Shown in pieces: positions 30,732 to 35,571 of a stretch of DNA of 35,571 bases (position 1 is its first letter; every line of letters starts with the position of its first letter). A program made the translations under genes and the position numbers. The notes beneath the pieces are model-generated. The model was not told the DNA's origin. It ran no database searches and saw only the letters and a program-made list of their open reading frames with translations. The DNA is from a virus, in the IMG/VR virus record IMGVR_UViG_3300048924_000196. One strand, written 5' to 3'.

Positions 30732-33509
30732 ATGGCGAACGCATCCGAACTCAAACGAATTATTGACTTGCACGTTTTGGCCGACAAGCTCGGCTTGAAG
30801 CGCGGCAAGGGCGAAGGGGCGAACTACCACAGCCCGCACTCTACCGACTCCAAACCGTCTCTCTCGATATTCGAGAAAGACGGCGTGCGCATGTTCAAGG
30901 ACCATTCCGCCAATATCGGCGGATCGTGCATTGACCTCGTTTGCCACGTGCAAGGCTGTGAAGTGCCCGAAGCAATGCGCTACCTGCACGACACTTTTGG
31001 CATTGAGCGCGACAAACCGAAAGGCAGCAATGCGCCGCGCCGCACCAAAACCGCCGTCGACTACATCGCGGAGCGAGCGCTACAGCACGCACAAGGTTGC
31101 CGGGAATACCTGACGGGGCGAGGCATCAGCGACGCCGCTATAGACCGTGCAATCAAGGCCCGCACATTGGGCATGAATAACTGGACAAGCGATAGCAAGA
31201 AAGAGGGCGAGCTTGGTTACGGCGGCGACGGCGTATGTTTCCTGATCTATGACGCGAACGGCTTTCCCATCGGCGCAGACACGCGTTATTTCGATCCCGC
31301 GAAGAACGGCGACACGAAGACAAACAGCCAAGGCACCAAATCGGCAGGCTGGACGGCTGACCCGCGCAAGCTCAAAGCGGCTACTTCCGTTTTCATCGTT
31401 GAGTCCTCCATCAATGCCTTGTCCATCGACACCGCCGACATTCCTTATACGGCGTCTTTTGCCATTCGCGGCATTGCAAACATCGACGCAATCGACTGGT
31501 CTTTCTTGCACGGCAAACAGGTTTATCTGTGCCTCGACAACGACGAGCCGAACGAAAAGGGCCACGCGCCCGGACCGGAAGCCGAAGCCCTGTTGTACGA
31601 AAAGCTAACAGCCATGAACATCGGCGCGATTTGCGTCGACAAGTCCGGCTGGCGTTACGACAGTGCCGACGATTGCAAGCCGGATCAAGTCGGCAAGTCG
31701 ATTAATGACGTGAACGACTACCTTCAAGCTCGCGACCCGGCAACACTCAAAAGCGCCTTGCAAGTTCTCGAAACATGCATCATTCCCGGCATGTATACCG
31801 AAAAGACCCGCCGCAAGGGCCGCATGCGTGTCTACCTGCCCGACCATGACTTTGCACAGTATGGCCGCTACTACACCCGCACCGATTTCATGCACGTCAT
31901 CACCAAGCGTGGCGTGAGCGCAGAAGAGGCGGAAGAGAATGGCGGCGAAGTGAAAGCGCCTGAATTCGCTGACCTCGCCACGTTCCGGGTAGCTAGCTTT
32001 TCTCGCGTGACGATCGCCGGGTATTCTGCAACGACATCCGGCGCGGCAGACAATGACCCGTCGACGCAATTCGCTGTGTCCGTACAGACGGCCCGTAACG
32101 GTGCCAAGCTGACGCGCGCAGTGCTCAACGACAACGAGGTACACAACGCCGCTTCGTGGAACCAGTTTGGCACCGTGTTTGATCCTAAGGCATTCGCTCG
32201 GATGGTGAATATTCTCGAACGCACGTCGAGCTTGGGCGCACGCAACGCCGTGAATTACGTTGGCCTGTGCTGGAAAGATCAGCGCCTAGCCGTCAACGAG
32301 GGTTCCGACTGCTATTTCACCGACCCGGCGCAGCAGTGCACGTATTCGGGCCTGACGTTTAACAACGGCACGCAAGCCGATGCAGCACCGGTAATCGATG
32401 CGTACCAAGCGACGATGACGCAAAACGCCGCCATGATCCCGTTCGTGTGGGCACTCGGCGCGCACCTCAAGTGCATCTTTGGCTTCTGGCCTCATTTCAC
32501 GATGCAAGCGGGCAAAGGTTCCGGAAAGTCGACCCTTATTAAGGCGATGGAGCGCACCATCGGTTTCAAGATGTTGTCCGGTCAATCGGTGCAAACGGAA
32601 TTCCGCTTGCTCACGGCTTCCAGCTATACGAGCCACCCCGTAGGGTTCGAAGAACTGTCGGCGCGCGGCCAGCAAATCATCGACAAGGCTGTTTCTATCC
32701 TGCAAGAGTCGTACAACTATTCACCGACCAAGCGCGGCGCGCAAATGCTTGAATTCGTGCTGTGCGCGCCCGTCATGCTCGCCGGTGAGGACGTGCCCGT
32801 GAAAAGTATTCTCGGCAAGCTGGTTCGGTGCGACCTGACGGGCAAGAAAGGAACACCGATTGATCCGAACATGCCGGTATTCCCTGTTAAGCAATGGTTG
32901 CAATTTCTTGCGACGCTCGACCCGGACGTGATTCGCGGAAAGCTCGAAGCCAATGAGCGCAACATGCGTGGCAAGCTGTCGGAATCCACCGAATCAGGCG
33001 GCAATCGTATCGTCTTGAACTACGCGGCGCTTGCCACAGCATGGGGCTTGCTGTGCGACTTTGCAGGCATCGATAAGGCGCAAGGCGGGTTCCCGCATGA
33101 CTTGCTTGACGAGATGAACCGTCACTTGCGCGAAACCGTGTCCGATCGCTCGCCGTGGACATGGATTATGGAAAGCAGCCTTAGCGCCATCGACGCCCGC
33201 ACGTTCGGCTATCCGCACCTGTTCGATACCGTTGACGGCGTCGAATGCATTCTCGTGCGCCCGTCGCACATCATGGAATACATGAGCGTGACGCCCGCAC
33301 TACGCGGCAAGTTCGATGCGCTCCCCGTTAAGACGGCGGGCGTGTTCGAAAAGCAGATGGAAGAGGCAGGCGTTGTCTACAAGTCGGGACTCGAACGCGT
33401 CATCATGAATCGCCGCATCCAGCGTTTGTCTGCAATCTCGCTTTCTAAGCTTGCCGAATTCGGCTTGACCGTTGCTGTTGACCTTAACCACGTCCGGGAG
33501 AACGGCTAA
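30732..33509 (+). CDS. Bifunctional primase-helicase (degenerate zinc-finger-like N-terminus, Toprim domain, C-terminal P-loop NTPase; P4-alpha/DUF927-like architecture)
   Basis: Toprim Glu in VFIVESSINALS and DxD in YLCLDNDEPNEKG. Walker A MQAGKGSGKST. Walker B-like VMLAGEDV. 925 aa. Confidence 0.85.
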   Translation: MANASELKRIIDLHVLADKLGLKRGKGEGANYHSPHSTDSKPSLSIFEKDGVRMFKDHSANIGGSCIDLVCHVQGCEVPEAMRYLHDTFGIERDKPKGSNAPRRTKTAVDYIAERALQHAQGCREYLTGRGISDAAIDRAIKARTLGMNNWTSDSKKEGELGYGGDGVCFLIYDANGFPIGADTRYFDPAKNGDTKTNSQGTKSAGWTADPRKLKAATSVFIVESSINALSIDTADIPYTASFAIRGIANIDAIDWSFLHGKQVYLCLDNDEPNEKGHAPGPEAEALLYEKLTAMNIGAICVDKSGWRYDSADDCKPDQVGKSINDVNDYLQARDPATLKSALQVLETCIIPGMYTEKTRRKGRMRVYLPDHDFAQYGRYYTRTDFMHVITKRGVSAEEAEENGGEVKAPEFADLATFRVASFSRVTIAGYSATTSGAADNDPSTQFAVSVQTARNGAKLTRAVLNDNEVHNAASWNQFGTVFDPKAFARMVNILERTSSLGARNAVNYVGLCWKDQRLAVNEGSDCYFTDPAQQCTYSGLTFNNGTQADAAPVIDAYQATMTQNAAMIPFVWALGAHLKCIFGFWPHFTMQAGKGSGKSTLIKAMERTIGFKMLSGQSVQTEFRLLTASSYTSHPVGFEELSARGQQIIDKAVSILQESYNYSPTKRGAQMLEFVLCAPVMLAGEDVPVKSILGKLVRCDLTGKKGTPIDPNMPVFPVKQWLQFLATLDPDVIRGKLEANERNMRGKLSESTESGGNRIVLNYAALATAWGLLCDFAGIDKAQGGFPHDLLDEMNRHLRETVSDRSPWTWIMESSLSAIDARTFGYPHLFDTVDGVECILVRPSHIMEYMSVTPALRGKFDALPVKTAGVFEKQMEEAGVVYKSGLERVIMNRRIQRLSAISLSKLAEFGLTVAVDLNHVRENG

Positions 33510-33802
33510 TGCGAGCAGCCCTCAATGCCCCGCAAGGGGCTTCACGATCCAACGCGCCGCGCTACGGCGCTTCGTCGCTTGCCGGGTATTGGGCGCAAGA
33601 CGAAGTATTCAAGGCATGGGCGGGGTCGCTCGACCCCGACTGTAACCGGCCTTATACCGATGACGAGGCGGCGCAGTTCATCAGAGACTTTTGCCGGGTA
33701 GCGTCGAGAAAAGAGCTTGACGGCGCACGCGGCGAGGTTTTAAGCCGATTCAATTTCATGCGCAAGGCGTTCGCGGCTTGGCGTGACGAATATTTGCGCT
33801 AA
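33509..33802 (+). CDS. 97-aa protein, function unknown
   Basis: The ATG overlaps the primase stop (TAATG). Confidence 0.5.
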   Translation: MRAALNAPQGASRSNAPRYGASSLAGYWAQDEVFKAWAGSLDPDCNRPYTDDEAAQFIRDFCRVASRKELDGARGEVLSRFNFMRKAFAAWRDEYLR

Positions 33803-33830
33803 TAATTCTGGCTCACCCCTAGTCCTACTT

Positions 33831-33868
33831 AGCCCGCCAAGCGAAAGCCGAAGCGGGCATTTTTTTAT
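33831..33868 (+). terminator. Rho-independent terminator (gcccgc-N15-gcgggcattttttt)
   Basis: Read directly after the 97-aa ORF. Confidence 0.7.
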
Positions 33869-33889
33869 TCAACCAATCACGAGGCACGT

Positions 33890-34081
33890 ATGCACCGAAT
33901 CGCCGCGAACATGCAAACCACCAAAGCCCGCGCTAAGCCCCTTCGCTATCAGGACGGCGTTTTATTCTGGGAAGTGAGGCACGACAACGCGCCCGGCACA
34001 TGGCTAAGCGACTTCCCGCATGACTGCGCCTCACAGATGATGCGTCAATCCGTTCTCCGCACACAGCTTGAACCGCGCTAG
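33890..34081 (+). CDS. Possible 63-aa protein, function unknown
   Basis: ATG preceded by GAGG. Flanked by terminators on both sides. No motif recognised. Confidence 0.35.
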   Translation: MHRIAANMQTTKARAKPLRYQDGVLFWEVRHDNAPGTWLSDFPHDCASQMMRQSVLRTQLEPR

Positions 34082-34103
34082 CTGTCCGCTCGACAGCCAG
34101 GCA

Positions 34104-34132
34104 CAAAAAAGCCCGCTCTAGGCGGGCTTCTT
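34104..34132. terminator. Bidirectional rho-independent terminator (aaaaaagcccgc-tctag-gcgggcttcttt)
   Basis: 8-bp stem with A-run and T-run flanks, at the end of the par operon. Confidence 0.85.
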
Positions 34133-34438
34133 TCATTCCGTTCCAACTATTCCGGGTCCGTATATCGGCCATCCGTACCACGTATAACCGCTTGCTACGC
34201 TTTCCGGCCTCTTTTCCGGATCTCTGACGGGTTCGGGCGGTGCATCGAATACCAAACCGACTTGACGCGGATCGACCGGCCTAGGCGCTTCAAAATTCGT
34301 CCTGCTACGCCCTTTGATCCAGTCTGGCTCCCTACCCCGCCCCGCCCATGTGCGGCCCGTTTCCGGGTCGCGATACTTCGGGTCAACGTCCTGCCTACGA
34401 TCCCGTTGCCCGTCACGGCGTCGAAGATCGTTGTCCAT
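34133..34438 (-). CDS. H-NS-family DNA-binding-domain protein lacking the oligomerisation domain
   Basis: KYRDPETGRTWAGRGREPDWIKG is the H-NS/Bv3F C-terminal DNA-binding signature (TW-G-RGR-P-W). It starts at residue 21 and is followed by a Pro/Trp-rich tail. Confidence 0.7.
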   Translation of the reverse strand: MDNDLRRRDGQRDRRQDVDPKYRDPETGRTWAGRGREPDWIKGRSRTNFEAPRPVDPRQVGLVFDAPPEPVRDPEKRPESVASGYTWYGWPIYGPGIVGTE

Positions 34439-34620
34439 CAGTCCACCTTTACCGGCCCGATGTGCACGAATTTCAGCGGCTCTTCCGGCGTGAACTCATA
34501 GTCAAGCGTATAGCCCGTATCCGTCACATGCACAGCCTTGAGCTTCGCGCCGTCCGGGAATTCGCCGCGCTTCGATTCGAGCCACAGGGCATGGCTCATT
34601 GCCAGAAGCTGCGCGTTCAT
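34438..34620 (-). CDS. 60-aa protein, function unknown (third gene of the par operon)
   Basis: ATGA overlap with the upstream RHH gene and TGATG junction with the downstream H-NS-like gene. Confidence 0.5.
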   Translation of the reverse strand: MNAQLLAMSHALWLESKRGEFPDGAKLKAVHVTDTGYTLDYEFTPEEPLKFVHIGPVKVD

Positions 34621-34919
34621 TTCGCCCCCTGCTTCGCGAGCCAGTCAGTAACCGCATCCTCGAATGCATCGGCTCGACTCATTCCCAACGCTTCGGCCTG
34701 CTCAGTCATCCGAACTACAAGACTGGGTTTCATAGTCAGCGACAGCGGCGCTTTCGCTTCGCGCTTTGCCTTTCGAGCTACAGCCACAGGCGCAACAGGC
34801 ATGACCGGCGCGACCTCGACAATCTCTTTAACTTGCTGCACGCCATCCGGCGCACCGCCGATGAATGCCGCCGCCGCTGCCGGATCGCGCTTGGCAATCG
34901 GATTCGAAAACTTGCTCAT
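34617..34919 (-). CDS. ParG-like ribbon-helix-helix centromere-binding protein
   Basis: 100 aa with a flexible N-terminus. C-terminal RHH: LSLTMKPSLVVRMTEQAEALGMSRADAFEDAVTDWL. ATGA overlap with parA. Confidence 0.7.
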   Translation of the reverse strand: MSKFSNPIAKRDPAAAAAFIGGAPDGVQQVKEIVEVAPVMPVAPVAVARKAKREAKAPLSLTMKPSLVVRMTEQAEALGMSRADAFEDAVTDWLAKQGAK

Positions 34920-35566
34920 GCCGTCACCCCCATTGCCGCAAAGAATTCATCACGTACGCGCTCAATCTCCGCGCACGCCTTAACATCACGCTTCGTCATT
35001 TCGTCAACGTGCCTACCCTCGCCGCACGCGTTCGCAAACGCCTTGCGATCAGCCATGCGAGCCGACAGCAGTTCAATGCCCGGATATTCAGCGACAGCCG
35101 CAGCAGCGCCCGCGTTATCCGATCCGCCCGGATCAGCCCGATTGATGAAGGCGAACGCGCGCAAGTCAGCGATTGCGCGAGCCTCTTCGATCAGCGAGGC
35201 GATATCGGCCAATGCCCAAACATCGAACGAGCGCGGAAGGAAAGGGATTAAAACCGCATCGCTCACCGTCAACGCGCCGCGCAGCGCCGACGAATCACGC
35301 CCGCCCGCATCGATGACCACGTGATCGTAAGCGCCCGCCTGTTGCGTCACTTGAGCGCGCAGCGTCGCGCCGTCCGAATACGCTGATGCCGCGATCATCG
35401 GCAGACCTGTGCTGGCACGCACCGTGATAACGCTCGTTGCCGTTTGCTGCCGGTCCCCATCGACGAGCCAAACCTTTTTGCCATCAAGCGCGAGACCTAA
35501 TGCGATCTGCACGCCTACCGTCGATTTTCCGACGCCGCCTTTGCCGTGTCCTACCGTGAAAATCAT
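34916..35566 (-). CDS. parA: ParA partition ATPase (small type Ib, deviant Walker A)
   Basis: MIFTVGHGKGGVGKSTVGVQIAL. 216 aa with no N-terminal HTH extension. Confidence 0.9.
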   Translation of the reverse strand: MIFTVGHGKGGVGKSTVGVQIALGLALDGKKVWLVDGDRQQTATSVITVRASTGLPMIAASAYSDGATLRAQVTQQAGAYDHVVIDAGGRDSSALRGALTVSDAVLIPFLPRSFDVWALADIASLIEEARAIADLRAFAFINRADPGGSDNAGAAAAVAEYPGIELLSARMADRKAFANACGEGRHVDEMTKRDVKACAEIERVRDEFFAAMGVTA

Positions 35567-35571
35567 ATTGA

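Larger units (their letters stand above)
1..35571. mobile_element. Complete circular P2-like temperate phage-plasmid (unit length 35,444 bp), with no host flanks in the window
   Basis: Full P2-type late gene order, plus RepA/iterons, ParA/RHH, serine recombinase and CI/Ogr. The ends of the window overlap by 127 bp inside parA. Confidence 0.85.

Overview
The window is one complete circular replicon. Bases 1-127 are identical to 35445-35571, so the unit length is 35,444 bp. It is a high-GC, Burkholderia-type, P2-family temperate myovirus. The P2 late-gene set is syntenic: Q-P divergent from O-N-M-L-X, then a lysis cassette, R-S, V-W-J-I-H-G, FI-FII-E/E'-T-U-D, plus ogr. There is no tyrosine integrase and no gpA/gpB replication module. 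In their place are plasmid functions: a Rep_3-type RepA with iterons and DnaA boxes, a type Ib ParA/RHH partition operon, a small serine recombinase and a BrnT/BrnA toxin-antitoxin pair. A Toprim primase-helicase and a CI(S24)/RHH immunity switch are also present. This makes it a phage-plasmid, comparable from memory to B. cepacia complex phage KS14. About 1.8 kb (123-1927) is non-coding and densely packed with repeat arrays: CATG boxes, GTGAGGG heptamers, a candidate cos site and the iterons. The most unusual signal is a quasi-palindromic 9-mer, CTTAACAAG. It occurs about 19 times exactly and about 30 times with its core, which is far above expectation. It is enriched at gene boundaries, supplies several TAA stop codons, sits in hairpin loops, and occurs in tandem in a divergent promoter next to a tandem winged-helix gene. 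Accessory cargo of unknown function lies between gpD and the immunity region (22.6-27.0 kb). It includes a four-gene translationally coupled operon whose last gene is a 58-aa zinc-ribbon ORF missing from the ORF track.
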